Part shown: positions 36,156 to 59,700 of the stretch, one piece after another
Position numbering within the stretch: the first letter of the stretch is position 1
Layout: each line of letters starts with the position of its first letter
Assembly (NCBI RefSeq): GCF_009914755.1
Contig: NC_060932.1
Strand: one strand, 5' to 3'
DNA: 64,000 bases
Origin: the human T2T-CHM13v2.0 reference genome, Homo sapiens
Position numbers and translations under genes: made by a program
Notes under the pieces: model-generated
Database searches by the model: none
What the model saw: only the letters and a program-made list of their open reading frames with translations
What the model was told of the DNA's origin: nothing

Positions 36156-38526
36156 CTAGCATCCTTCCTCAATCTGCTTCCAATCTGTGGACTCAGGAAA
36201 GACTGAACCAACCTAGATTTATTAATATTTTAGTATAACATAATACAGTGTTACTTACTATGGCATTGACCGTATATGCCCTTTTGCTCCTTGGAGGAAA
36301 GACAATAGCTATTATGTGAGTTAATAAAATAAGCCCAGGATTTATCAGTATAACTAACCTGTTCCCGTTGGTTTTTCTTGTCTCCTTCAGGCAGAGAGCT
36401 GATCAAAACAGCAAAAGCAAAGCAGTGCCCCTGGCCCAGTTCTGAAGCCAAACTTCCTTAATCACCCAGACCCATCCCTGGTTAGGACTTGCTGTGGATT
36501 CTCAGGTGACTCCATCTCAGGATACAGGGACTGAGAAGGTGTATGCAACATCTCAGACCCAGAAACCGTTGATTCTGTCTAAAAACACAGCAATAACCAC
36601 ATCCCATCCTCTTGATTTAAATGAAAGTGTTTGGAGGAATAAAAGATGAACCTTTTTTTTTCTTTGTCAGATCTTGCGCTCATTTGGTTCTGGTGGGGAA
36701 CAACAGCTATAAGAGAACAAGTGTATTCAATTAGAATTAATTCCCCTCTCTTATTCTCATAGCTGAGCAGGGCTCAAGTGCCTCTCATCTGAAAGAGGTA
36801 ATAAGATTTTATCTGTCTCCTCATCTACCTTTTGCAAGTATACTTAACAAATTAGCTCTCGGGACTCTTCCAAATGGAGTTTTATGAGGAATTTGCTAAG
36901 GTAAACGTTTTAGACTTTGAACACAGTTCAGATTTCAGGGGCAGTACTGAAATCTAAGCTGTGTTGCTAACTGCCCTGCCTTTCAACTCAAGACACAATA
37001 ACTTTGAACTAAAATAATTATATTTTTGTTGTTTTCCACTCTGTCCCCACGTCTATATCACCACCACCCCCAATCCCACCCCGCAGGAGTTAACTCCTCC
37101 TTCCTGTCCCTGCAAGATCAAAACTCCTCCTGCAAACCCCGCTAGCTCTGTCTGCTCACCTTCGTGGTAGATATCGCTATCGTACTTTTATCCTCATTTG
37201 TGTGATAAGTACTTCAATGTCCACTTCTTCCACGAGCACCTGAGCCCCTGAAGGGCCTGGACCACACCTAGTTTTTCTCACCGTTACATCTCCCTTGTCA
37301 GGCACATGGTAGGCGCTTAAAAAGTATTTGATGAACGAATGGCTTGTTTGGTGACAGTCCAAAGGCTGGGGGACAGAGGGAAAGCTCCCTCCTTTCGGGC
37401 CCCAGACGGGTGGCGCTGATGGAGAGGAGGCTAGGATAAGGCCTCCAGGACCGAAGCATGCACCCGTAAGGCCCCTGCTGAAAAGACCTTCCTGAAGGCG
37501 GAGGAACTGCGAGAGTGCCTACGTTAGCCCAAGGCCTGACCCGACGATCCCAGGGACAGTCGCCCTAACTGGCCCCGCCTCCCGGGCCCCAAACCTGGAC
37601 TCGGCCCCGCACGAAGCTCCGGATCCTGGGGCCCGCCCCTGGCCCCGCGTCGGAAGACCATGGGCTCGCTCCTGGGCCTGCCTCAAACCCTCCGCAGGTA
37701 ACGCCTCCCGAACTTGAGCCACATTCCGATCCCCTCCTCAAACCCCTCCCCGTTTCCCACACCCTGGACCCCTCGCTCCGTCTGGGCCCCGCCCCAAGCC
37801 CAGCTAGGTCTCGGCCCCTGAGCCCAGCCCCAACCGGCCTCCCAGTCCCTGGGTCCCTCCCAACACCGGCCCCTCCCTAAGCTCCGCCTCCCAGGGCCCG
37901 CCTCCTGAGCGCAGCCCAGCCCGGACTCGGCCCCGCCTCCCGGGCCCTGGGCCCCTCCCCAAGTGGGCCCGTCCTAAGCTTCGCCTCCCAGAGTCCGCGC
38001 ACCGCCTGGCCATGTGCTACGACATAGTCAACGCCCCGCCCCTGCCCCGCCTCCTGAGCCCTTCTCTGGGCCTGGCCTTAGCCCCGCCCTAAGACCTGTC
38101 TCCTGGGCTCTGCTCTGGGTCCCGCCTCCTGAATCCAATGGCGTTTATCCGCGCCCTAATGCCCGCCTCCAGGACTCTTATCCTGCCCCCACGCAAGGCA
38201 TCGCCTCCAGGACGCCACCAACCTGGACGCTTCCGAAGCCCAGCTTCCAGGATCGCCCTATCCTGGCCCTGCCCCAGGAACCGCCAACCTGGACTCTACC
38301 CAGGACCTGCCCCGATGTCGCTTATCTTGGCCCTACCCCAGGCCCCGCCCTCCTAACGCTCATCTTGGCCCCGCCCTAGAGTCCGCCCCCAGGACGCACC
38401 TCCTGACCCTATCCCCAGGCCCCGCCCCCTCTCTGCCCCCGCGCACTGCCCTCGGCCCGCCCCCTCTTCAGTCCAGGCCCGGCTTCCTCCAGGTCTCACG
38501 GCAACGGCTGCGGCCTCGCCCACGTT

Positions 38527-48956
<10,430 letters not shown>

Positions 48957-49225
48957 GACTCACACATGACTCCAAAGGGATTGTGAGAATCAAGTCACTC
49001 TCGTGGGAAGAATTTTTATATGGGAAAGTGGATAAAACTTTCATTGGACTGGAATGTTTGGAGATTATTAAATTCCAAATCAGGAATCAAAACTGCCCTC
49101 TAATAAGACATTAGCTGTCTAGGCGTGTGGGTGCCCCCTTTCTGCCAGCAGTTCTGGTTCTCAAGAAAATCATCATAAATCAGACATGAAAATTCTGGCT
49201 CCAAAAATAGCATTTTCTTTCTGCA

Positions 49226-49231
49226 AATAAA
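49226..49231 (+). terminator. Candidate polyadenylation signal for FAM86B
   Basis: AATAAA 270 nt after the stop codon, followed by GT-rich sequence. Confidence 0.6.
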
Positions 49232-49264
49232 AACGTGTGTATCAAGGATGACGTTCCCCCAACG

Positions 49265-49420
49265 TGGACACACTCGGTTCCTCAGAAAGCCAAGCCTGCT
49301 GCAGCTGCCACATCCCTGGACACACTCGGTTCCTCACAAAGCCAAGCCCGCTGCAGCTGCCACATCCCTGGACACACTCGGTTTCTCACAAAGCCAAGCC
49401 CGCTGCAGCTGCCACATCCC
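49265..49420. repeat. 52-bp tandem repeat x3
   Basis: ggacacactcggttcctcacaaagccaagcccgctgcagctgccacatccct starting at 49266, 49318 and 49370. Confidence 0.92.
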
Positions 49421-49790
49421 AGGGCTTATGGTGCAGCAGGCGCTTTTTTCAAGACAGGAATGAAAGTGTTAGGAACACGGCAGAAAGGTGACACCTGGAG
49501 ACCAAATGCAGGATGAGGAGTACTGCAGAGGTCACAGGGAAGTCACAGAACAGTAATACGCTAGCAGGGGCATGGGGCATGAAGAACAGAAGACAGGAAG
49601 CATTTCAGAGACTCCAAAGAAGAAATCAGGGCCAACCACAGCTTCCCGGGTCATTCACCAGGTGACACCACTGCCGTCATTTCAGCTTCTGGCCACTGGG
49701 AGGCACTGCTCAAAAGGCTTTGCCCTGAGACTCCAAGAAGCTGCGGGAAGGACAGCAGGGGCCCTGGGGTTTTAGCCTCTGGCCCAGGAG

Positions 49791-52700
49791 TTATGTGTCC
49801 ATAACCAAAGGGAGCACAGTCTGCACCCAGCTCTCATCCCATCAGAGCTGCTGAGACTCTTGCAGGTTCTTCCAGAACTGGTTTAGCTTGCCTGCAGGAT
49901 CAGAAAAGTTTGAGAAAAGCATCTGCAAAATGCTAAAGAGCAGAGCTTAACTCATTGCCTGTCCCCACCCCATCCCAGGTCACCACTTGGATGACCCCAG
50001 GTCCCCGACCCAACAACAACCCCTCCCAAGTCCCTAACTCCCTCACTTGGACTTGAGACCCTTCACAACCCCCCTCACTTGGACTTGAGACCCTTCACAA
50101 CCCAGCAGCGCTCCACCTCCAACTTGACATCATGCTTTCTGGAAACTTCCCCGTATGTCCCACTTTCCCACACTTGGTGCCCTGGAGCACCTTCCGGCCT
50201 CTACATGCTGTACGTTCCCCTGTGAGCACCCTCCTCTCAGCCTCTGGCCAACACAGTCCCACCCATCTGTGGGTAACAAGGGGGTGTGGGTGTTCTTTTC
50301 AGCCTTGCTAAACTGTCTGAATCAAGGATCACAAACTACAGCCTGCAGGCCAAATCCAGCCCACAGCCTGTGTTTGTGAATAAAGCTTTGTTGGAACAAA
50401 GCCACACCCCTTAATCTACAGATGATCTGTGGCTACTTTCACACCACAACAGAGTACCATGGTTCTGACAGAGACTGGGGTACCCTGTCTAAATGACTTC
50501 TGACCTGGACATTTACTGAAAATCCTCCCAATCATTCTGTTGACAAGAATGATGTATTACTTTTTGCAATAAGAAACAAGTAACCTTTGCAGAATTCCAC
50601 CCATCTTTCAAGGCTGGTCCCAGAAGTTCCCTTTGCCCACGCACCTACCTGATCCGATCACTTCCTAAACTGCAGCCCGGCCCACCCGGCTCCAGCATCA
50701 TTTATGGAGTGTCAGCTCCATAAATCCAGAGGGCAGGTGGGGTTGTGTCCTAACTTTCCCGAGCCTACTGTACCGAAATGGGACAGCAGAGTAGGAGGCC
50801 TCTGTGACTTCTGCTCCCCCACTAGCTTTTCCACCAGACCCCCCATGGTCCCACCCTGGCTGTGGGAAGCAGGGATCAGGGAGCGTGGCTCGATGCCAGT
50901 CTCCAGAACCCTGCCCACCCTGGCGTGGTGGCAGACATGGCTACCTGCAGCTGAGCTGCCAGTTCCTCTGACTCCTCAAAGATCAGGCCATTTTCTACAT
51001 GTTTCACCAGCTCATGTAAACTGCAGACAGAACCAAGGGAGCCTGAGAGCTGCCTGGGGAAGACACCAGACTCCTGGGGTGCCCAGCTGGGATCCCACCC
51101 ACCCCACGCTCAAGCCAGGCTGGGGTTTGGAACAGGGGGTGTGGTTTCTGGGAGCTGGTTCTTAGATTTGGCATCTGAAGGGTATAAAGGCCTGGGGGGG
51201 TGCACATCAAAATGACCAAACCGATTTGAGGAGGGAGCCTTAAGGAAGGTTTGTACCTTCTGTGCTGGATGCTCTTCAAGTACTGAAGAATTACTTTTGC
51301 ATGTTTTTCTTAATTCCATGGCCATGGAACAAGTAAAGGCAACCCCCTGGGGACTGGTTCAGCACATAAAAGATGACTTTTCTAGGACACCAGATTTGAT
51401 CCCCACATTCCCTGAGCTCAGCTCACACGAGGGGCTCGCATCCCTGAATCCCATCCAGGAGCCGGCTGCTGAGCAGGGGCCAAGGGCTCAACTTGTGCTG
51501 GGGCTACTGCTTCTAGAATCTCCTCTAACGCCACCCTTCCAAACACCCGTCTATGCTGGATGGAGTGAGGCCACAGCATGACACTCATTTAACTCATTCA
51601 AACCCACCATGTGAGCTTGGCCAAAAGGGACATGGTGGGAGAGAAAAACAAAGAAAACCATGTAAGCCTGCAGGCATTTCCCGCCAATTCTACTCTAGGA
51701 GCAAAAGCCCCGAGTGGAGTTCTAGTATTTAAGGTGCTTTATTTTTTTTTCATATTGGGTTGGTGCAAAAGTAATTTTCAGTTTTAATGGCAAAAACCGT
51801 GATTACTTTTGTACCAACCTAAATATAGCATGAGCTCTAAATGGAAGCACCTACTTCAGTGAGGCTCAGCCCAGCCACAGTAACCGCAGGGCTCCTCCTC
51901 GTGGCCTCCAGTGTGTGCTGGACTGACCAAGGGGCAGGGCCTCACTTTGGGCAGCTCACTCTGCACTGCTTCCCCGTCAGCGGTGGATCTGTGAAGCTAT
52001 CCCCAGAAAGATTCGGGTTCTGCTCCTACCACTTGAAGTTCACGGCACACGCAGGCAAACAGCACCTGAACATGTCCACCACCTTCATGGGCAGGTCCAG
52101 GCCACTGGAGGATGTGTCCAGAGAGACACCCAGGTCCACCAACCCTGCTAGGCAAGAGGGGTGGGGCAGAGTGCTGGTCTCTGCCCTGGGAACACAAATC
52201 CTCCCAGCACAGTGAGACAACATCCCCCGAGGGGAGTGAAAATTGGATAAGGCCCCCGACAGCCCCAAGCACAAGTGGCTTAAGCTGGCCAAGCAGCCAC
52301 ACGGCCTGGCTGGGACATCTGAAAATGTAAGTTGACACTTCTACGTAACCACAATTTGTTTTTTTGTTGTTGTTGTTTGTTTTGTTTTGAGACAGAGTCT
52401 CACTCTGTCACCCAGGCTGGAGTGCAGTGGCACAATCTCAGCTCCCTGCAACCTCCACCTCCCAGGTTCACCTCCCGCCTGTAATCCCAGCATTTTGGGA
52501 GGCCAAGGCGGGTGGATCACCTGAGGTCAGGAGTTCAAGACCAGCCTGGCCAACATGGTGAATCCCCATCTCTACTAAAAATAAATACAAAATTAGCGAT
52601 GCTAATCCGTGGCATGTGCCTGTAATCCCAGCTACTCAGGCGGCTGAGGCAGGAGAATCGCTTGAACCTGGGAAGGCAGAGGTTGCGGTGAGCGAAGATC

Positions 52701-53794
52701 GCGCCATTGCACTCCAGCCTGGTCTACAAGAGCGAAACTCCGTCTCAAAATAATAATAATGATAATAATAATAATAATAATAATAAACCATAACACACCC
52801 ACCACAAACCAGCTGTCAGTGTGAAAATAAAGCCAAATAGCTTAACATTTCTAAAGACTACCTGGGGCCAGGCATGATGGGTCACGCCTGGAATCCCAGC
52901 ACTTAGGGAGGCCAAGGCGAGAGGATCACTTGAGGTCAGGAGTTCAAGACCAGCCTGGACAACATGGTGAAACCCTGTCTCTACTAAAAATACAAAAATA
53001 AGCCAGCTGTTGTGGTGGACTCCTGTAATCCTGTAATCTACTTGGGAGGCTGAGGTGGGTGAATCGCTTGAACCCAGGAGGCGGAGGTTGCATGAACTGA
53101 GATCGTGCACTCCAGCCTGGGCAACGGAGCAAGACTGTCTAAAACAAAGACTAGCTGGAGAATCCTGCCAGGAAAAGGCCCTCAGACTCCAACTGCTCTG
53201 CTCACTCGAAGCTGGAAGATGCAGCTCTAGAGACGTATCAGGACCAAGCCATGACTCCCCACTTGGAGAAATCAATGGGGAAAGAGACGGAGGCAAAGGA
53301 GAACCATCTCACTGGGAGAGGCGATGCTGTTTGACACATCGTCCCTGTTCCTCCCAAAGCCACTGCCCTCCCCCACCTGGGCAACAGTGGCCCCAAACCC
53401 AGGCCCAGCCCTCCTGGAGGAAGGAAGAGGATGGAATGGAGGGCGTGGCAGACTGAAAGGACGTGGCCTCCTCAAACCCCTTGGTAAAGGGCCTCTGGGG
53501 CGACCTGGCAGGGAGGGGCTGGCACACCAGGAAGTAGCCTCCTCCCGGGAGTTCAGCCAGAGCCCAGGTCCTGTCCCCAAGTGGCCTCCAGAGCCACCTT
53601 TTCAGAAAAAGTACATCATGCCCACCCCTGCTCCCACTGCTTAAGGCCCCGCCTCCTCCCTGAGCCTCCTGCTGGCCTCTCACCTAGAAGCGGGGGTAGT
53701 CCTTGGCCCTGCAGTCAGGGGGTGCAGACCTGGATCTGCTGGAAATGCTTCTGGTGGATGAGGCGGCTGTAATACTCCCTCAGAGGCCTTTTGC
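49791..53794 (-). pseudogene. ALG1-like partial unprocessed pseudogene (last four exons: 53794-53684, 52144-52030, 51020-50945, 49922-49791)
   Basis: Translations [46 protein letters not shown] and WDESWVQTVLPLVMDT*. Exon sizes 111/115/76/132 nt with GT-AG borders. Premature TGA in the first and last of these exons. No upstream exons found. Confidence 0.93.
50040..50103. repeat. 32-bp tandem duplication
   Basis: ccctcacttggacttgagacccttcacaaccc occurs twice in a row. Confidence 0.9.
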
Positions 53795-54131
53795 CTTCAC
53801 AGAGAAGAGCAGACACTGCCATGGACCCGTCTCTGTCCCTGCCACGTGGCCCCAGGCCCAAGACACTCCCCCTAGGAGGGATCCTTTCCCCAGAAGCTCC
53901 ACCCCTCGGCAGCTCCAGTCAGGCCCCATCTGTGCCCTTCCAGAAGCAACCCAGGAGCCCCGAGACCTGCAGGGATGTGTGCACCCTGACCCCTGACGCC
54001 TAGTCCTGCACCTGCAGCCAGCTGGCCTCGGGCTGCAAACATGGCGGGGTAAGCACTGGCCTGGCACCCGACCGCCCACTGGGTGGACCCAGCCTTCTGT
54101 CTGTGTTGTGCGCAGGGGACACGAGGACTCC

Positions 54132-54270
54132 CCCTGCCCTGGCACAGCCCCCAGAGCACATGGCGCAGGTTCCAAGCTGCCCCTGCCTTGCCACAGCCCC
54201 CAGAGCACATGGTGCGGGTTCCAAGCCGCGCCTGCCTTGCCACAGCCTCCAGAGCACATGGCGCAGGTTC
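54132..54270. repeat. Tandem repeat of about 49 bp x3
   Basis: cctgccttgccacagcccccagagcacatggcgcaggttccaagc unit. Confidence 0.88.
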
Positions 54271-55509
54271 GAAACCACTCCTGGGAGCCTAGAGGCCAAA
54301 GGAGGGAGGAGAGCAGGACCAGCAGCTGGCCCAGACCCCGCCTCTTCCCACACCACTTCCGCTTTTCTCCCTCCTCACTGACTCACCTTGAAAGGGCTCA
54401 GCAGCCGTAACTGAGGGACAGGGGCTCTTCCGTTTGAAAAATTAAAAGAGGCTTGGTTAAGGCACCAATGACATGACCGGGCCCAATGGCTCATATCAAT
54501 AATTCCAGCATATTGGGAGGCCAAGGCGGGTGGATCACCTGAGGTCAGGAGTTCAAGACCAGCCTGGCCAACATGGCAAAACCGTGTTTCTACTAAAAAT
54601 ACAAAAATAAGTTGGGTGTGGTGGGCACCTGTAGTCCCAGCCACTCGGGAGGTTGAGGCATGAGAATTGTTGAATGTGAGACGTCGAGGTTGCAGTGAGC
54701 TGAGATCACACCACTGCACCTCAGCCTGGGCACAGAGATTTTGTCTCAAAAAAAAAAAAAAAAAAAAAAAAAGACACCAACGAAGAAACAAGAAAAATAA
54801 AAGATGCTTGGAAACTACTGAAAAATTAGAAAGTTTGGTATCTACAGATTCACATCTGGGCTCCCTGCCCTGCTGTGAAACTCTCTGAGCCTCAGTTTCC
54901 CACATGTAAAGCAGTATAAGACTCTATGGCAGAGAACTGCAGTGAGGATTAAGGAGACAAGATCGTGGCAAGCACAGGGTAAAGGCGACGTACCCCTCCC
55001 TGGACTCCAATACCTGGAGTCGCAAGACGAGCTGAAAAAGGAGCCAGGCACTGAAGGACAAAGCGGTGTTGACTTTGTTCATCTGTGTTTCCCAGTGCGG
55101 TCCAATTGACGGTGGTTTCCAAGCGCCTCCTGGAGGAGAAAACACATGAGGGTGCGGTCAGGGTTCTCTGCTGACAGACCTACCGTGGGGAAGAAAGAGA
55201 AACTCTGAAGATGGATCATGGCCATGACTGCATGTCAAGGAGAATCTCCTTGAAGACACTGAGGCCTACGTCGAGGTAGAGTAAATATGGTCCAATTAAA
55301 AGGTGTCTATTTTACCACATTTTTTAAAACAAAACAAAACACAAAAACAAAAAAGATGGAAAAAAAGACAGGGGTACAGGCACCAGTGTTACATGTCTGA
55401 CGGGGAACATCTATTCTTCAAAGCTTGCAGCTGTACACGTAGGTTTTAGAATGTCTGTCAGCAGTGGACATGATCTTAGAGTGGGCTGTGCAGATAGACC
55501 TTTCCGGGT

Positions 55510-55602
55510 CATGTAATTGGATTAAGTTAATTGCAATTAACTTACATGTAACTGATTAGGTTAGGGTACGTTCCACGTCAGGTGACCAGAGGCAGTATAA
55601 AA
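55510..55602 (+). promoter_or_regulatory. FAM90A promoter: TATA box, DUX4-type sites, 22-bp palindrome
   Basis: TATAAAA at 55596-55602; TGATTAGGTTA (reverse complement TAACCTAATCA) at 55553-55563; GGATTAAGTTA at 55519-55529. Probable non-coding exon 1 ends at the donor cag|gttagt at 55738. Confidence 0.75.
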
Positions 55603-56739
55603 GGCAGCCTGGAAAGCAGAGGTCCCTCTCTGCCCCTTCCTCCGTCGTCCTGGATGCTGCATCGCTTCCAGCCGGGCTGCTGCAGCACCTGCCCATCTCA
55701 GCGCCAGCCGGGGAAAGAAAGTAGACGTGTAATTTCAGGTTAGTTTCACTGTACAGTTGTTTTTTTCACGCAATCCCTGAGGGGTGGGTGGGAAGAGACA
55801 AAGGACGCCGAGAGAAACCGATCACACTGGGCCTTGCTGATGGGGTAGGATGTGTTCTCGTTACTAGTAATTCTTGGAACAGAAAACGAGAAAGCATTTC
55901 CGTCTCCACGTGTGGGAGAAGACCAAGATGGGAATGTGAAAAGAAATGTACTGCAGCATGCTGAGTTGGTGGGTAAATGGAAAAAGGACTTTGGAAAAAA
56001 GGGTGGTTTGCCCTTCAGCGGTGTAAGACGTCGATACGATATGGCACTTATTCACCGTTTGTTTAGATGAATTCGTGTGGCACGTGTAAAATACCAGAAA
56101 AATAAATAAAGAGGGGCTGGAGCTAAAGCCAAAAAGATAGAACAGGAAAGACCATCACCTGCTAGTGTGGTAGAGAGGAAGATAACTTCTCTCTATGAAT
56201 TTGTGTTTGGAAGTCGCCTAATGAAATGGCAAGAGTAGCGATTCAAGTTGTGACAGGAAGCATCCCTTATCCCAGATTTCAAACAGACCTGCCAAAGGGT
56301 GACAAATGCCATGCCCTGTGGCTTCGATCATTCTGTCCGTCAAGGGAGATAGAATCATCGTGTCTTCTACCGGAGTGAATAGTAATAGACCTAAGTCCAG
56401 TCTCCAGAATCAGTTGTTAGTTTGGAGTTGAAAGCTCAACTCCCCATACCTAGGCCACAGGCCCTGTGGCAGGCGAAGTTTACTCTTGGACTAGGTAATC
56501 ATGGCAGAGGAACACACAATATCTGAGGATGCGCACAGCACATTGTGTTCCACAGATTTGACCGACTGGTGGTGAGGTCTCCTCATGACCACACCGGCAA
56601 GGAGTTAGCGGGGGGCTTCCTGTGGGTGTGTGAATATCCAACGTGCTTAACCATCCACATGTGTGTGTTTGTGTGTGTTTCAGGTGACCCAACAGTCAAC
56701 CCCTGAAAAAGGCGGTCACAAAACCCCCAGGAGACGAAG

Positions 56740-59700
56740 ATGACGGCACGTCGTGACCCCAAACCTGGGGCAAAGAGACTGGTGAGAGCCCAGACCCTCC
56801 AGAAGCAGCGGAGGGCCCAAGTTGGGCCAAGGGCTCCCCCGCCCGATGAAGAAGATCCCAGGGTAAGTCTAGCCCTGGATCTCTTGGGTATCAGGGTGGG
56901 GGTGGGGACGGGGGGAGGGGCTGTCACACGGTCCTCAGAGACTGGGTTGGATTCCAAAGAGTTCTGTCACCACCAGCCAGGTTGCTTTTCCCATCCAAGG
57001 TGGGCGTGGCTTGGGACCTCCTCCGCGGCCCGATAGGCCCCTTGAGAGACTCTTGGGGGCAACCTCCCTTTCTATTTAGAGTCCTGTGTAGCCACGTTTG
57101 GCTGTGCTGTTGACATCGGGTTCACCATCGTGCCCCTTAGAACCTTGAGTCCTGCCTTTTAGAGTTCCTCCGTCACATGGGCTTTGGGAGGGAACATCGC
57201 ATCCGAACTCTCCCAGCACTTAATGGCCCCCATGCTGGTGTCCCCTCTTTGGAATCCTTATTCAGCTCTGAATTCACAATCCGTCTCAATGTTGACGTGG
57301 GATCGCTGCCTGTGGCTTCAGCTCACTCACTGACATCACTTCCTTTCCACCCACAGCTCAAGTGCAAAAACTGCAGGGCCCTTGGCCACACGGTCAGAAG
57401 TACCAGGTGCCCCATGAAGTGCTGGAAGGCAGCCCTGGTTCCAGCGACCTTGGGGAAAAAGGAAGGGAAGGAAAACCTGAAACCATGGAAGCCCCAGGTT
57501 GAAGCCAACCCGGGGCCCTTGAACAAGGATAAGGGAGAGAAGGAAGAGAGACCAAGGTGAGCAGTGGGAGGGGTTTTCACCACTCTTAGGGTACTGCCTC
57601 CTAAGGACATGGTGTCTCTGCACCTGCACACCGTGTGCCTTTCCGTCTCCGGGCCAGGGAAGGAACGCTGCAGAGAAATAGGCCGGAGCTCCGTGTCCTC
57701 CGGGGTTCCACACCCAGGAGTTCCTTTGGCTCTGGGAGATTCAGGGACGGGGAGAGGCGGGGGTGCTTCGTGCAGATTCCCCACGACAGGGGGAAAAGCG
57801 ATGGAATCCAAATCACAGTCCTTAGTTGGGAAGCCTAGAGGGCCACCTGGAGGATGGGAAGGTTGGCACGTGAGGGAAGGTGCAGAGGCGGAAAGGGCAC
57901 CAGATGTCCATTTCTGTATCACAAAACACGGAATGGGACTGAGCCCCAGACAGGGTTCTCCCTGTCTCCTGGGGAAAACCAGGGGCCATGGCCTGACCTT
58001 TTTCTGTTCTGCAGGCAACAAGACCCGCAGAGAAAGGCTCTCCTCCACATATTTTCCGGGAAACCTCCAGAGAAGCTGCTGCCAAATCGAAAAGGATCCA
58101 CGGAATCTTCTGTTTTTCTGAGGGTGAGTGTCACCCTGGGCCCCTGGTCTTTTTGTCCTCTAGGTCACCCTGGTTGATTTCCTTTCAGCTTCCCGTCTGC
58201 GGGAGGGAATCGGGGAACCCCTCTTTCTTGCCTTCTTGGGGTCAGGGACTTCACGATCCTTCCAGGTCAATTTGATTCCAGGCGAAGGCATCTGAAGATG
58301 CCGTATTTCCTGTTGCTTTCTTTCTGTCCAATTATGGCAAGCCTGCCAACAACATGTTCCTAGCGGCATGAGGAAATTTGTCCCTCAGAGGCCCCAAACA
58401 TGGAGAAGGCTAAACTCTGGAACATGCATGTGTTCAGAGAAGACTTCCTGAGTACCCTTGAGCCACCAACCTGCCTTCGGAAGGGCATTAGTCTGTTCCA
58501 CTTCATGGAAGGCTGAGTGGAGGCGCTTTGATCCAGTTAATGCCCAAGACGCGATCTTTTGAACAATGGTGTGCTTAGATCAGCTACACATAGCTCGAGA
58601 GCGCATCGTTCATGTGTCTTGTCCTGATCAGCACTCAGGTGGAGGGTCTGTCTCTACTTCCAAGGACCGCCTGTCGATACTGTACTAAGAATTTCATGGC
58701 GTGTGCACCTTGTCTTTGGATGTGCTTGATTTTCACGTTGGCTCCATGCTGAGGAACTTCTAACCTGTGTTGTTTCCTCTCTTTCAGGTTGCAAGCCGGC
58801 CAATGCCGGTCCACACAACAAGTAAGAGGCCGTGCGTGGACCCTGAACTCGCTGATCGCTCAGCTACCGAAATGTCTGGCAGAGGCTCCGTCTTGGCTTC
58901 ACTGTCTCCCCTCAGAAAAGCCAGTCTGAGATCCTCCTCAAGTCTTGGACCAAAGGAAAGACAGACAGGTGCTGCGGCCGACATCCCTCAGCCTGCAGTC
59001 AGGCACCAGGGCCCCGAGCCTCTCCTCGTGGTGAAGCCGACACACAGCAGCCGTGAGGGTGGCTGCCGAGAAGTTCCCCAGGCTGCCTCCAAAACCCACG
59101 GCCTGCTCCAGGCCGTCAGACCCCAGGCACAAGACAAACGTCCTGCGGTGACCTGACAGCCCGGCCCACCAGCCGCCACACACAGCTTGGGCCTAGGCTC
59201 CAATCTCAGCTTCAGACCAGGAGCCAAGAGACCTGCCCAGGCTCCGATTCAGGGTTGCCTGAACTTCCCCAAGAAACCGAGACTGGGTCCCTTCCAGATC
59301 CCCGAAAGCGCCATCCAGGGAGGTGAGCTGGGGGCCCTGGAGAATCTCCAACCTCCGCCAGCAGCAACCGAACTTGGACCAAGTACGTCGCCCCAGATGG
59401 GCAGGAGGACACCGGCCCAGGTGCCCGGCGTCGACCGGCAGCCTCCGCACAGCAGAACTTGCCTGCCCACTGCCCAGGTCTGCACCATGTCCCATCACCC
59501 AGCGGCCAGCCATGATGGGGCCCAGCCTCTCAGAGTGCTCTTCCGGAGACTGGAAAACGGACGCTGGAGCTCCAGCCTCCTGGCGGCCCCCTCATTTCAC
59601 TCTCCTGAGAAGCCGGGAGCCTTCCTCGCTCAGAGCCCTCATGTGTCAGAGAAGTCTGAGGCTCCCTGTGTTCGTGTCCCACCGAGCGTCCTCTATGAGG

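Noticed and set aside
57323-58121. 241-aa (-) and 185-aa (+) ORFs in FAM90A
   Set aside because: GC-rich intron or antisense frames with no recognisable domain.
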